A stretch of DNA of 64,000 nucleotides, taken from contig OZ242011.1 in NCBI GenBank assembly GCA_965204755.1, forward strand, positions 2,880,001 through 2,944,000. The letters are read 5' to 3'. The translations under genes were made by a program, and so were the position numbers. This document shows, in pieces, positions 37,705-47,485 of the stretch (its first letter is position 1; the number at the start of each line of letters is the position of its first letter). Source of the stretch: Candidatus Marinacidobacterium sp. GTDB lineage: Bacteria > Acidobacteriota > Vicinamibacteria > Marinacidobacterales > Marinacidobacteraceae. Below the pieces are notes generated by a model. That model made no database searches, had not been told where the DNA came from, and saw only the letters and a list, made by a program, of their open reading frames with translations.

Positions 37705-38738
37705 CCGGGGAGCGCATCGCCGCGTCGGCCGGCGCGGCCGGGTCGGCGGCGGGCAGGTCATCGAGCCGCGTCGCCGGGTCGGCGGGCGCGGCCGCGTCGG
37801 CCGGCGCGGCCGGGCCGGGGTCGCGCCGGTTCGCCGTCGCCGCCGGGGTCTTCCTCGCCTACCTGGTCGGCGTCATCCTCTTCGGCGCGTGGGTGCGCAT
37901 CTCCCACTCCGGGGACGGCTGCGGCAGCCACTGGCCGACCTGCGGCGGCGAGATCGTCCCGGTCGCGCCGTCCTCCGCCGCGCTCATCGAATACGCGCAC
38001 CGGGTGACCAGCGGTTTCGCCGGCGTCCTGGCGGCGGCGCTGCTCGCCTGGGCGGTCGTCCGCTTCCGCTGGGGGCTGCCGACCCGGGCCCTCGCCGCCA
38101 CCGTCTTCTTCCTGCTGGTCGAGGCCGGCATCGGCGCCGGGCTGGTGCTCGGCGGGTTGACCGGCAGCGACGACTCGGCGGCGCGCGCCGTCGTCATCGC
38201 GCTCCACCTGGTGAACACGCTGGCGCTCACCGCCGGCGCGGCGCTCGCGGCGTGGTCGGCTGCCGACCCGGCGCGGGTTCTGCGCTTCCGCCGGCCGCGC
38301 GCCTTCGGGCCGGCGGTCGCCTTGGTCATCGTTACGGCGATGACCGGGGCGGTCACCGCGCTCGGCGACACGCTCCTGCCGCGCGAGGCCGCGCTCGGAG
38401 CGGGGCTGTTCGCCTCCGTCGCGGAGGACTTCGGCGCGGGCAACCACTTCCTCGTCCGGCTGCGCGCGGTGCACCCGGCCTTCGCGCTCCTCGCCGCCGG
38501 CTATGTGGTCTGGCTGCTCCGCCCGGAAATGCGCGCCGGCGGGTGGGCGCGGCTCGCGGTCGCGGTCGTGATCGTGGAATGCGCCGTCGGCGCCGTCTCG
38601 GTCGCCCTCGCCGCCCCCGGTTGGATCCAGATCGTCCACCTGCTCGTCGCGCAGGCGTTCTGGATCGCGTTCGCGCTGGCCTGGGTTTCGCCGGCCGGCG
38701 GCGCGGCGGCTATTCGATCCGGAGCGTCTTCCGGATGA
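37701..38738 (+). CDS. ctaA: Heme A synthase (COX15/CtaA family)
   Basis: SGDGCGSHWPTC, IEYAHR, multiple TM helices with conserved His; ATGA overlap with lhgO. Confidence 0.8.
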   Translation: MTGERIAASAGAAGSAAGRSSSRVAGSAGAAASAGAAGPGSRRFAVAAGVFLAYLVGVILFGAWVRISHSGDGCGSHWPTCGGEIVPVAPSSAALIEYAHRVTSGFAGVLAAALLAWAVVRFRWGLPTRALAATVFFLLVEAGIGAGLVLGGLTGSDDSAARAVVIALHLVNTLALTAGAALAAWSAADPARVLRFRRPRAFGPAVALVIVTAMTGAVTALGDTLLPREAALGAGLFASVAEDFGAGNHFLVRLRAVHPAFALLAAGYVVWLLRPEMRAGGWARLAVAVVIVECAVGAVSVALAAPGWIQIVHLLVAQAFWIAFALAWVSPAGGAAAIRSGASSG

Positions 38739-41031
38739 AGCGCGCCATTCCCTCCCGCAGGTGGAGCGCCTGTTTCTCGTCGCGGATGCCGTGGCGCGAC
38801 TTGGGATAGAGCATCAACTCGAACGGCTTGCCCGCCTGCTGCAGGTCGTAGGCGAACTGCAGCGTGTTCTGCATGTGGACATTGTCGTCCATCGTGCCGT
38901 GTATGAGCAGCAAGTCTCCGTGGAGGTCCGCCGCCGCTTCGCGTACGGAACTCTTCCGGTACCCCTCCGGGTTCTCGTCCGGCGTGCCCATGTACCGCTC
39001 GGTATAGATGGAGTCGTAGTCGCGCCAGTCCACGACGCTGCCGCCGGCGATGCCGGCGCGAAACCGGTCGGAGCGCGTCATCGCGTAGAGCGTCAGGTAG
39101 CCGCCGAAACTCCAACCGTCGATTCCGATGCGCTCCGCGTCCACGAAGTCCCGTTCCCCGAGCCAGTCCACGGCGTCCACCAGGTCGGCGAGTTCCCGTT
39201 CGCCGAAGTTCCCGTACACCGGCCAGGCGGACTCCGCGCCCTTCCCGGAGGAGATGCGGTTGTCCACCACGAAGACGACGATCCCCTGCTGCGCGAGGTA
39301 CTGGAGCCACATCCCGCCCGTCCCGGGCCACGCGTTCCGCACCCGAGGCGCGTGCGGGCCGCCGTACACCTGGACCCACGCCGGATAGACGCGCCCTTCG
39401 TCGAAGTCGGGCGGTTTCACCAGCATCGCTTCGAGTTCCGTTCCGTCCGAGGCTTCGACGGTCAGCAGTTCCGGAGGCGAAGTCCGGAACCGGTCGAGCG
39501 CGGGAACCGCTCCCGGGGCGATTTCGCGAACGACGGCGCCGTCCGCCGCCCGGCGGAGTTCCATGCGCGGCGGCGTATGGAGGTCGGAAGTCACGGCGAT
39601 GAAGTGGGCGATCGGGCCTTCCTCCGGAAACACCGCGCGCTCGGCGCCGCCGGGAGTCCCGAGCGCGACCGCGCCGCTCCCGTCCAGGGGGATGCGGAGC
39701 GTGTCGAGGCCGAGCGACGAGTGGTAGGTGGCTGAGGCGTAGGCCGCGCCGGCGGTTTCGTCCACGGCGTGGAGCGCCCGCACTTCGTACCGTCCTTCAG
39801 TGAGCGGGCCGACGAGTTCGCCTTCGGCGTCGTAGCGGTAGAGGTGTTGGAAACCGGTGCGCTCGCTGAACCAGAGGAAACCGCCGCCGCCCACCTCGGA
39901 GAGGAAGACCGGCGGCCCGAGCGCATTCGCCCAAGGGCCGGCGTCTTCACGCAGCACGCGCCGCGATTCCCCGGTGCGCGGGTCGGCCCGGTGGAGGTCG
40001 AGGAAGGTCTGCGTCCGGTCCTGCACCTGGTACCAGAGTTCCCCCGAAGGAGCGAAGGTGACGCGGACGAGCAGGGTTTCGGCGTTTCCGTAGAGGCCCG
40101 GGTCCACCCAGACGATGCTCCCGCCCGAAGCGGCGGCGATACCCAGCCGCACCCGGGGATTCGGGTCGCCCGCCTTCGGATAGGGATAGACCTCCAGGCC
40201 GGGCCGGTAGGGCAGGTGGTCCACCACGGTGTAACGCGGCACTTCGCTCTCGTCGCTCGAAAGGAAGGCGATCCGGCTGCTGTCGGGGCTCCACCAGTGC
40301 GCGAGGAAGTCGCCGCGTCCGTAGATCTCTTCCTGATAGACCCAGTCCAGTTTCCCGTTCAGCCGGTCGGGGCCGCCGCCGGTGGTGAGCCGCAGTTCCG
40401 ACCCTTCCCGGTCCACGACGAACAGGTCGTTGCCGCGGACGAAGGCGACGCGTTTCCCGTCGGGGGAGAACCGCGCCAACTCTTCCGCTTCCGGCGACCG
40501 GGTCAGCCGCCGCAGCCGGCCCGCCGCCGGTTCTGCGTCGCCGGTTCTCGCGTTGTCGGTTTCCGTGTTGGGGAACTCCCACAGGAAGAGGTCGGACGCC
40601 AGGTCGAGCAGCAGCGCGTCGTTTCCGGGCGAGAGTGAGGGGGCAGCCGGGCGCGCCGCGGTCGCCGCTTCGTCCGCGGTGAGCGAGAGGGATTCGGCGA
40701 GCGCTGCGGCGAGCGCGTCGGCGTCGTAGAGCGGGCTCGCGGCGCCGGTCGCCGCTTCGACGACGCTCCACGAGCGCTCCGCTCCTTTGCCGGTTCCGGA
40801 GAGGAACGCGGCGCCGCCGGAAAGCCAGCGGATTCGCGGCAGGTCGGGCGAGAACTCGAGCGCCTCCGGCCCGTAGAGGTGATGGAGTCGGATGGGTTCC
40901 TTGCCGCCGGAGTCGGCAGAGGGTGTCTGCGCTGTCGCCGGCGCCGCGAGCAGCGCGGCCGCGGCCGCGGCGAGGGCGGTCGGCAATGGCGGGAGCGGGT
41001 TGGTCGGCGGCGGGGGGTGGAGGGTCGTCAT
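38710..41031 (-). CDS. S9B dipeptidyl peptidase IV family protein
   Basis: DWVYQEE, GWSFGG, HGTMDDNVH, YPKSRHG. Confidence 0.92.
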   Translation of the reverse strand: MTTLHPPPPTNPLPPLPTALAAAAAALLAAPATAQTPSADSGGKEPIRLHHLYGPEALEFSPDLPRIRWLSGGAAFLSGTGKGAERSWSVVEAATGAASPLYDADALAAALAESLSLTADEAATAARPAAPSLSPGNDALLLDLASDLFLWEFPNTETDNARTGDAEPAAGRLRRLTRSPEAEELARFSPDGKRVAFVRGNDLFVVDREGSELRLTTGGGPDRLNGKLDWVYQEEIYGRGDFLAHWWSPDSSRIAFLSSDESEVPRYTVVDHLPYRPGLEVYPYPKAGDPNPRVRLGIAAASGGSIVWVDPGLYGNAETLLVRVTFAPSGELWYQVQDRTQTFLDLHRADPRTGESRRVLREDAGPWANALGPPVFLSEVGGGGFLWFSERTGFQHLYRYDAEGELVGPLTEGRYEVRALHAVDETAGAAYASATYHSSLGLDTLRIPLDGSGAVALGTPGGAERAVFPEEGPIAHFIAVTSDLHTPPRMELRRAADGAVVREIAPGAVPALDRFRTSPPELLTVEASDGTELEAMLVKPPDFDEGRVYPAWVQVYGGPHAPRVRNAWPGTGGMWLQYLAQQGIVVFVVDNRISSGKGAESAWPVYGNFGERELADLVDAVDWLGERDFVDAERIGIDGWSFGGYLTLYAMTRSDRFRAGIAGGSVVDWRDYDSIYTERYMGTPDENPEGYRKSSVREAAADLHGDLLLIHGTMDDNVHMQNTLQFAYDLQQAGKPFELMLYPKSRHGIRDEKQALHLREGMARFIRKTLRIE

Positions 41032-41169
41032 TCGGGGAGGGGTCTTTTCGGGCTCCCGCCTCGTCGAGGGGGATCGCGGCGCGGGAGTCCGGGTCTTCGG
41101 CGGCGCATCCGACCGGCCGAGGCCGCCGGCGGGGTCGGCGTGGACGGGAGGGAGGGTACTGCGCGGGCC

Positions 41170-41269
41170 GGCGCCGCGACTCGTGGGCGCCGCGGCTCGT
41201 GGGCGTCGCGACTCGTGGGCGTCGCGACTCGTGGGCGGCGCGACTCGTAGGCGTCGCGACTCGTGGGCG
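41170..41269. repeat. 16-bp tandem repeat GGCGTCGCGACTCGTG x6
   Basis: Read directly in the divergent intergenic region. Confidence 0.9.
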
Positions 41270-41473
41270 CTGCGCCGGGGCGGGGGCGCGGCGGGGAGGT
41301 CCCCCCCGGAACGCCCTTCGCCGCCGCTTCGTCGGAGGCGCCTCCGCGACGCGCGGCCGGCGGTCAGGATCCGCCCGGTTGCCGTCGGGCCGGACGGGTT
41401 CCTCCGCGAGGCGCGGCCCGGCGGGCGGTCTCCGGGTACGATCCGACGCCTTTCCCTTCGGAGGATCTGTCCC

Positions 41474-42775
41474 ATGCGTTCGTCGTCCACTCTCTCCGGT
41501 TTCGCCGGTTTCGCCCTCTCGCTGGCCGCCGTTTCCGCCGCCTTCGGCCAGGACTCGGCCACGGTAATCCGCGCCGACCGGCTCATCGTCGGCACCGACG
41601 CCCCGGTCATCTCGAACCCGGTCGTCGTGATCGAGGGGGAGCGCATCACCGCGGTCGGCCCGGACGGCGCGATTCCCGTCCCGTCCGGCGCCCGCGAAAT
41701 CTCGCTTCCCGGCCACACGCTGCTTCCCGGCCTCTTCGACTGCCATGTCCACCTCGGCGGCATTCCCGGCGACGGCGGCGACACCCAGAAGATGCGGGAA
41801 ACCGTCGCCCACGAGGCGATCTACGCCGCCGCCCACGCGAAGATCACGCTCGAACTCGGTTTCACCAGCGTCCGGAACATCGGCGCCGGCAACTACTACG
41901 ACGCCGCGCTCCGCGACATGGTCGAACGCGGCGTCGTCCCCGGCCCCCGCATCCAGGCCGCGACCTGGGGAGTCGGCGCCACCGGCGGCCACGCCGACAT
42001 CAACGGCTGGAACCCGGATGTCCCCACCCCGGGCTACGCCATGATCGCCGACGGCCCGGATGAACTGCGGAAGGCCGTGCGCTACCAGGTGAAGTACGGC
42101 GCCGATGTCATCAAGGTCACGGCCGGCGGCGGCGTCCTGTCCCAGGGCAACTCCATCGACGACCAGGCCTACACCCTCGAGGAGTTGCGCACCATCGTCG
42201 AAACCGCCGGGATGCTCGGCACCCCGGTGGGAGCGCACGCCCACTCCCCGGCGGCGATGAACGCCGCCATCCGCGCCGGAGTCGACAGCATCGAACACGG
42301 CACCCTCATAGACGACGAGGGGATCCGGCTGGCGAAGGAGCACGGCACCTTCGTCGTCCCCACCCTCTACACCCTCGACTACATCATCGACGAGGGCGCG
42401 GAGAACGGCGTCCCCGACTACGCGATCGCCAAAGCGAAGGAGATCGCCTCGATGCAGCGCGAGCGCCTCGGCGCCGCCTTCCACGCCGGAGTCAAGTTCG
42501 CCTACGGCACCGACGCCGCGGTCTTCCCCCACGGCCGGAACGCCCTCGACTTCTCCATCATGGTGGACGAAATGGACATCTCCCCGATGGCCGCCATCCA
42601 GACCGCCACCATCAACGCCGCCGAACTCCTCGGCTGGGAGGAAGACCTCGGCTCCCTCGAACGCGGCAAACTCGCCGACATCATCGCCGTGGAAGGCGAC
42701 CCCCTGGAAAACATCCGCCTCCTGGAAGATGTCCGCTTCGTCATGAAGGGCGGCGAAGTGGTGAAACAGCCGTAA
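41474..42775 (+). CDS. Secreted amidohydrolase (Xaa-Pro dipeptidase-like)
   Basis: PGLFDCHVH, GADVIK, AHAH, SIEHG, GTDA, GKLADIIAV. Confidence 0.9.
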   Translation: MRSSSTLSGFAGFALSLAAVSAAFGQDSATVIRADRLIVGTDAPVISNPVVVIEGERITAVGPDGAIPVPSGAREISLPGHTLLPGLFDCHVHLGGIPGDGGDTQKMRETVAHEAIYAAAHAKITLELGFTSVRNIGAGNYYDAALRDMVERGVVPGPRIQAATWGVGATGGHADINGWNPDVPTPGYAMIADGPDELRKAVRYQVKYGADVIKVTAGGGVLSQGNSIDDQAYTLEELRTIVETAGMLGTPVGAHAHSPAAMNAAIRAGVDSIEHGTLIDDEGIRLAKEHGTFVVPTLYTLDYIIDEGAENGVPDYAIAKAKEIASMQRERLGAAFHAGVKFAYGTDAAVFPHGRNALDFSIMVDEMDISPMAAIQTATINAAELLGWEEDLGSLERGKLADIIAVEGDPLENIRLLEDVRFVMKGGEVVKQP

Positions 42776-42852
42776 CCGGTTGGCCCGAACCGCGTGACCT
42801 TCCCGGCCGACTTGGAGCCGCGCCGCCCTGCGGCAGCCGTAGTCGCGAGATC

Positions 42853-43624
42853 ATGAGCGACCGTCCGCGGATCGAGCGCGTCCACATCGAAGGCTTCCGG
42901 TCACTGGCGAATATGACCCTGGAACCGGGCCCCGGCGTAACCGTGCTCAGGGGCCCCAACCGCGCCGGCAAGTACAACTTCTTCCGATTCTTCGAACTCG
43001 TCCAAGCGATGCTGGGCGAGCGCGGCCTCCGTCGCTTTGTCGCCTTGAATGGCGGCGCCGATGACCAATTCTTCGGCGGCGGGAAGCGAACTCGGCAATG
43101 GACGGCGGCCATTTGGATGACTAGTGGCGCCGTGCCGGCCGAGTGCGAGTTCACCTTGGCCCATGAAGAGCCGTACTTCTTCCGGTTCGCCGAGGAGAGA
43201 TTTCGATTGGCCGCGACGGATGCTGGAAGCACCGTGCGCTGGACCGATTGACAAGAGATACGGCGCGCATCTGACCTCAGACGGTTCGCTTTGTTTCTTC
43301 GCGCTGGTGACGCTGATGAAACAGCGGAGCGAGGCGCTACCGGGAGTCTTGTTCTTGGACGAGCCGGAGTTGGGTCTCAACCTCCGCGCGATTGCGATCC
43401 TCAGCGGGTTGCTCCGCTCGCTCGCGACGGATCGACAGATTATCGTCGCCACCCAGTGCTCCCTCTTCGTGGACGAGTTCGATTTGGACCAGATCCAAGT
43501 CTTGGATCTCGAAGACGGGCAGACTCGCGTCCGTGCCCTTGCCTCGGAAGACTATAGCGAGTGGCTCGATGACCACTCGGCGGGCGAGTTGTGGGAGAAG
43601 AACCTCTTGGGCGAGTGGTCGTGA
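42853..43624 (+). pseudogene. Split, internally deleted ABC/AAA21-type ATPase
   Basis: Degenerate Walker A GPNRAGKYN in one frame; SDGSL, LDEPELGL, ATQ and GELWEKNLLG in another; stop at 43251. Confidence 0.7.
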
Positions 43625-43776
43625 CCCAGATTGCCCCTTCGTGGAAAGACGGCCGAAACGAAAGCTCTCGAAGACGGTACTAGTCTCCCCGCGCGCCCCG
43701 CCCCGATCTTTGACCATTGCCCTGCCGCCGTCGCTCCGCGTAGGGAAACCGCCGTTCTGGCGGAGCATTTGCCCCT

Positions 43777-45873
43777 TCACCGTTGCCAGTGCTGGCCGAT
43801 GTATTCGACGGCGTCCTTGGCTGCCAGTTTCTTGGTAGCATTGCCGATACGGAGATAGAAGACTGTATCACCCCGATACTCGACCCACACCGGCTGCTGA
43901 CTCGGAACAACGGCGACATAACACACCTCGGTGCCTTCGATGTCATGAAAGCTCACCGTTACTCCCGACGCGATGGTGACGCCAAATCCCGTGTCCAGAA
44001 GTTGACGCAACCGCACCTCAAAACCATCGCGGTCACTGCGCGGAAGAGTGGCGTAGTCTTGACTGAGACCCACGGCGCGGCCGTCGTCGCTTACGCCGAT
44101 CAGCAACGTCCCGCCGGAGGCGTTGAGAAGCCCGGCGACGGTCCTGACGACGGCATGCTCAATTTCCTTGTTGACCCTCCTTTCACGAAGATCCCACCGA
44201 AGACTCGACTTGAACTCGACGGTGCTGCTCTCACCTTGTTCGATGAGGTGCGGAATAGTAGGTGCGTTGTCGACTGGGGTCGGCGGAAGCCAACTGTCGA
44301 GAAAGACATTCATTGCAGAGGCGAGTCGTCCGCGACGATCACGGAGAAACCGTTCATAGTTCTCCGGTTTCCAGAGGTCCGGGGCGACCGGCACCGATTG
44401 GGCTTCTAGTGCGCCGGGTTGCCTCGTTTGGACATCGCCAAGATAGTCAGCGGGAGAGGCACTCTTCCACTGCCGCGGCACCTTCTGGGCCAGGAACGCT
44501 CGATTAGCGCATTCATTGATCAGCGTACTGTCGCTGACCCCGGCCTGCACAAGGACGGATCGTGGAAAAATGTAGTGACGCTCGCGACCGGAGGCGCTCT
44601 GCATCACACGGTCGTACAGAGGGTTGCCGGTGAACCAATCGCGGGCGTCATTGAATCTCGCGACCACTTGGCTCAGAAGGGTCACGGCGCTTCCAATTCG
44701 CGCTCCTTCCAGATCGGTGGCCGAAAGGGTGACACGACCGCGCTGCCTCCGGATGGCGTCCTCAAGTTCGAAAGTAGGATCGGCAGAGTCACGCGTGACG
44801 CATGCGACATCCTGCTGCAGAGCTGTCTCGGAGGCACCGGAATATCGTGACCAGAGACAGGCCAAGGAAATCCACCGAAGGAACCGACGCTTGAGTTCAT
44901 CCGTCGGAAAATCACCACCGTGTCGAGCGAGAAATACGGTCGCGACTAGAAGGGGCCGCGTACTCGGGATGTCCTTCGTGTCGGCGACACACAGCTCGGC
45001 CCGAAGCACCGAAACAAGGCGCTCCAGAGAGGGCACGAGACGATTCCAAGCGGATTTCAAATCGTCGGCAGGGGTCTTGAAGAAGGTGCCTTCGAGAAGA
45101 ATTGAGCCGGCGGTCACACCCGCCAAACAACGCACTAGGAAATCGAAATCGAAGTCGAAATCGCGTCGGCGTAGGTCGTCGCGGAAACGCCGCATCTCGG
45201 CGCGTGCCTCGGGCCAGATGCTACAGACATGCGCCAGAGCGAGGTCTGATTTCGTGAGAGTTGTACCGGCCTTGTTGAGACGGTTGAAGACTTCGACTAC
45301 TTCGTTGACGCCGTAATCGTCTCCTGACACTTTGTCGACGGTGTAGGAGTAGGTGCGGATCTGATCGAGGCGACTGAAGCGGGCGAGATTGTTCTGAATG
45401 AGGGTGCGCCGGTCTTCATCGAACTCGTCAAGCCGTCCCAACCACGAATTGAGGGTTTCCTTCAGGAGGTCGGGAACCCTGATCCAAGCGTGATTGTTCG
45501 CCATCTGAGACTTCTGCCAGAACCGAAACTCCTCAGTCTGCACGTTGAAGAAGAGATCGAAATACAGGGATTCGCCCTCATAGAAACGTGGCGGCTGGCC
45601 GCGGAAGAGTACGTAGAGAGTGGTGAGCCGCTGCTGTCCATCCAAGAGCAGGAGAGAGTGGCCGTCGGGGCGTGGCGTGCCGCCGCGAACGGGTGAGGGC
45701 TTGTAGGTACTCCAGACGAGAAGGTGACCGGAGGGCAGGCCGCGATACAGCGATTGAATGAGAGCCCGGACTTGATTGCGATTCCAGACGTAACCGCGCT
45801 GGAACTCTGGAAGGAGAAGTTCGTTGCGATCAACCTCTTCCAAGAGTTCTTGGATAGTCTTCACTTCATGCAA
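43777..45873 (-). CDS. GmrSD-like DUF262 protein fused to Schlafen/AlbA_2 domain
   Basis: PEFQRGYVW, DGQQRLTT, FNRLN; RHYIFP..ANRAFL; GESSTVEFKSS, LNASGGTLLIGVSDDG. Confidence 0.85.
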   Translation of the reverse strand: MHEVKTIQELLEEVDRNELLLPEFQRGYVWNRNQVRALIQSLYRGLPSGHLLVWSTYKPSPVRGGTPRPDGHSLLLLDGQQRLTTLYVLFRGQPPRFYEGESLYFDLFFNVQTEEFRFWQKSQMANNHAWIRVPDLLKETLNSWLGRLDEFDEDRRTLIQNNLARFSRLDQIRTYSYTVDKVSGDDYGVNEVVEVFNRLNKAGTTLTKSDLALAHVCSIWPEARAEMRRFRDDLRRRDFDFDFDFLVRCLAGVTAGSILLEGTFFKTPADDLKSAWNRLVPSLERLVSVLRAELCVADTKDIPSTRPLLVATVFLARHGGDFPTDELKRRFLRWISLACLWSRYSGASETALQQDVACVTRDSADPTFELEDAIRRQRGRVTLSATDLEGARIGSAVTLLSQVVARFNDARDWFTGNPLYDRVMQSASGRERHYIFPRSVLVQAGVSDSTLINECANRAFLAQKVPRQWKSASPADYLGDVQTRQPGALEAQSVPVAPDLWKPENYERFLRDRRGRLASAMNVFLDSWLPPTPVDNAPTIPHLIEQGESSTVEFKSSLRWDLRERRVNKEIEHAVVRTVAGLLNASGGTLLIGVSDDGRAVGLSQDYATLPRSDRDGFEVRLRQLLDTGFGVTIASGVTVSFHDIEGTEVCYVAVVPSQQPVWVEYRGDTVFYLRIGNATKKLAAKDAVEYIGQHWQR

Positions 45874-46030
45874 CTTGGAACCCCTTCATGAACGACATCC
45901 CGAATGAAGAGCAGGCGACCGAAGGGTTGGGGCGGGTGTGGATGTGGGCAGTGTAGAGAGGTGGGGCAACCGAACGGGCTGATGGATGGAGGTGGTCAAC
46001 TATAGCACTGTGTGAGGCTGGGGGGCCGAG

Positions 46031-47485
46031 TCAAGAGGATGGGCAGGACAGGCGTTCCATCATCTCGCGGAGCACGGACAGGAACTCGTCCACATGTTCC
46101 GCGTGGGTGCGGAAGATGCCGATGCACGGGCGGATCCAGAACCGCTCTTCCAGGATCGTCGCGGTGACGAAGATGCGGCCGTCGGCGTGGATCGCGTCCA
46201 GCAGGCGCCGGTTGGCGTCGTCCGCCTCTTCGGGGCTCTTCCCGGCGGGTTCCCAGCGGAAGCACATCGTGGACAACTGCGGGGGGGCGCCCACCGTGAT
46301 CTCCTCCCACGCGGACAACTCGTCCTGGAGGTAGCGGGCGAGCAGGCACTTCTCTTCCAGGGCGGCGGTGAAGGCGTCGGTTCCGTGCAAGAGCAACGGG
46401 AACAGCATCCGCAACCCGCGGAAGTGTTTCGTGAGTTCGATGGAGCGCTCCGACGGCGACGGCTCCGCCTGCGGCGCGTCCACCAGGTACGGCGCGGCGA
46501 AACGCAGGGTCTTCAGGTGCTCGGCGTCCCGCACCACCAACGCGCCGGTGCCGTACGGCAGGAACAGGCTCTTGTGCGGGTCGAGAACCACCGAGTCCGC
46601 CCGCTCGATACCCCGGAACAGCGAACGACGGGACGGGACCAACAGGAAGAACCCGCCGTAGGCGGCGTCGCTGTGGTGCCAGAGACCCTCGGCGCGGGCG
46701 ATGTCGGAGATGGCATCCAGCGGATCCACCGCGCCGGTGTTCGTCGTCCCGGCCCCGGAGGCGACGAGCCAGGGGCGTAGGCCGTCGCGCTTGTCCTTTC
46801 GCACCTGGCGGGCGAGCGCCTCCGGGGCCATACGCCAGGCGGAGTCCACCGGGACGATGCGGCAGGGCGCTTCGCCGACGCCGGCGAGGTGGACCGCCTT
46901 CCGCACCGAGTAGTGCGCCTGGTCGGTGACATAGACCACGGCGCGCGCGAAGTCCGCGCCCTTGAGTCCGTGCGCTTCCCGGGCGGCGATGACCGCGGTG
47001 ACGCCGGCGACGCTGCCGCCGGACGCCAGGTTCCCGCCGGCGGTCGGCGGATATCCGACCAGCGAAGCGAGCCAGTCCACCAGGCGGTTCTCGAGGATCA
47101 CCGCTCCCGGTGACGCGGGGAAGTACCCGGCGAACGCGTTGCCCACCGCGGCGAGGTAGTCGCCGAGCGCGCTCGCGTAGAGCCCGCCGCCCGGCACCCA
47201 GCCGAGGTCGCGCGGCGACGCCGGGTTCAGTCCCTGCCGTTCGACTTCGCGCCGCACCAGGCCGAGCAACTCCTCGACCGGTTTCCCGGTCGCGGGGAGT
47301 TCGAGTCCGGCGATACCCGGCGATCCGGTGGGGGGGATCCAGCCCGGCCCTCGCCGCAGGTCTTCGAGGAACTCTTCGGCGTGCCCGACGACCGCTTCGC
47401 GCAGCGCCCGCCGCTGCCCGGCGTCGGGTTCGAGCGGCGCGGCTCGTTCGCGCAGCCGTTCGGCGCGCTCGCGCAGGTCGCTCAT
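46031..47485 (-). CDS. Group II PLP-dependent amino acid decarboxylase
   Basis: SGGS, AHYSV, GTTNTGAVD, HSDAAYGG, DPHK. Confidence 0.9.
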   Translation of the reverse strand: MSDLRERAERLRERAAPLEPDAGQRRALREAVVGHAEEFLEDLRRGPGWIPPTGSPGIAGLELPATGKPVEELLGLVRREVERQGLNPASPRDLGWVPGGGLYASALGDYLAAVGNAFAGYFPASPGAVILENRLVDWLASLVGYPPTAGGNLASGGSVAGVTAVIAAREAHGLKGADFARAVVYVTDQAHYSVRKAVHLAGVGEAPCRIVPVDSAWRMAPEALARQVRKDKRDGLRPWLVASGAGTTNTGAVDPLDAISDIARAEGLWHHSDAAYGGFFLLVPSRRSLFRGIERADSVVLDPHKSLFLPYGTGALVVRDAEHLKTLRFAAPYLVDAPQAEPSPSERSIELTKHFRGLRMLFPLLLHGTDAFTAALEEKCLLARYLQDELSAWEEITVGAPPQLSTMCFRWEPAGKSPEEADDANRRLLDAIHADGRIFVTATILEERFWIRPCIGIFRTHAEHVDEFLSVLREMMERLSCPSS

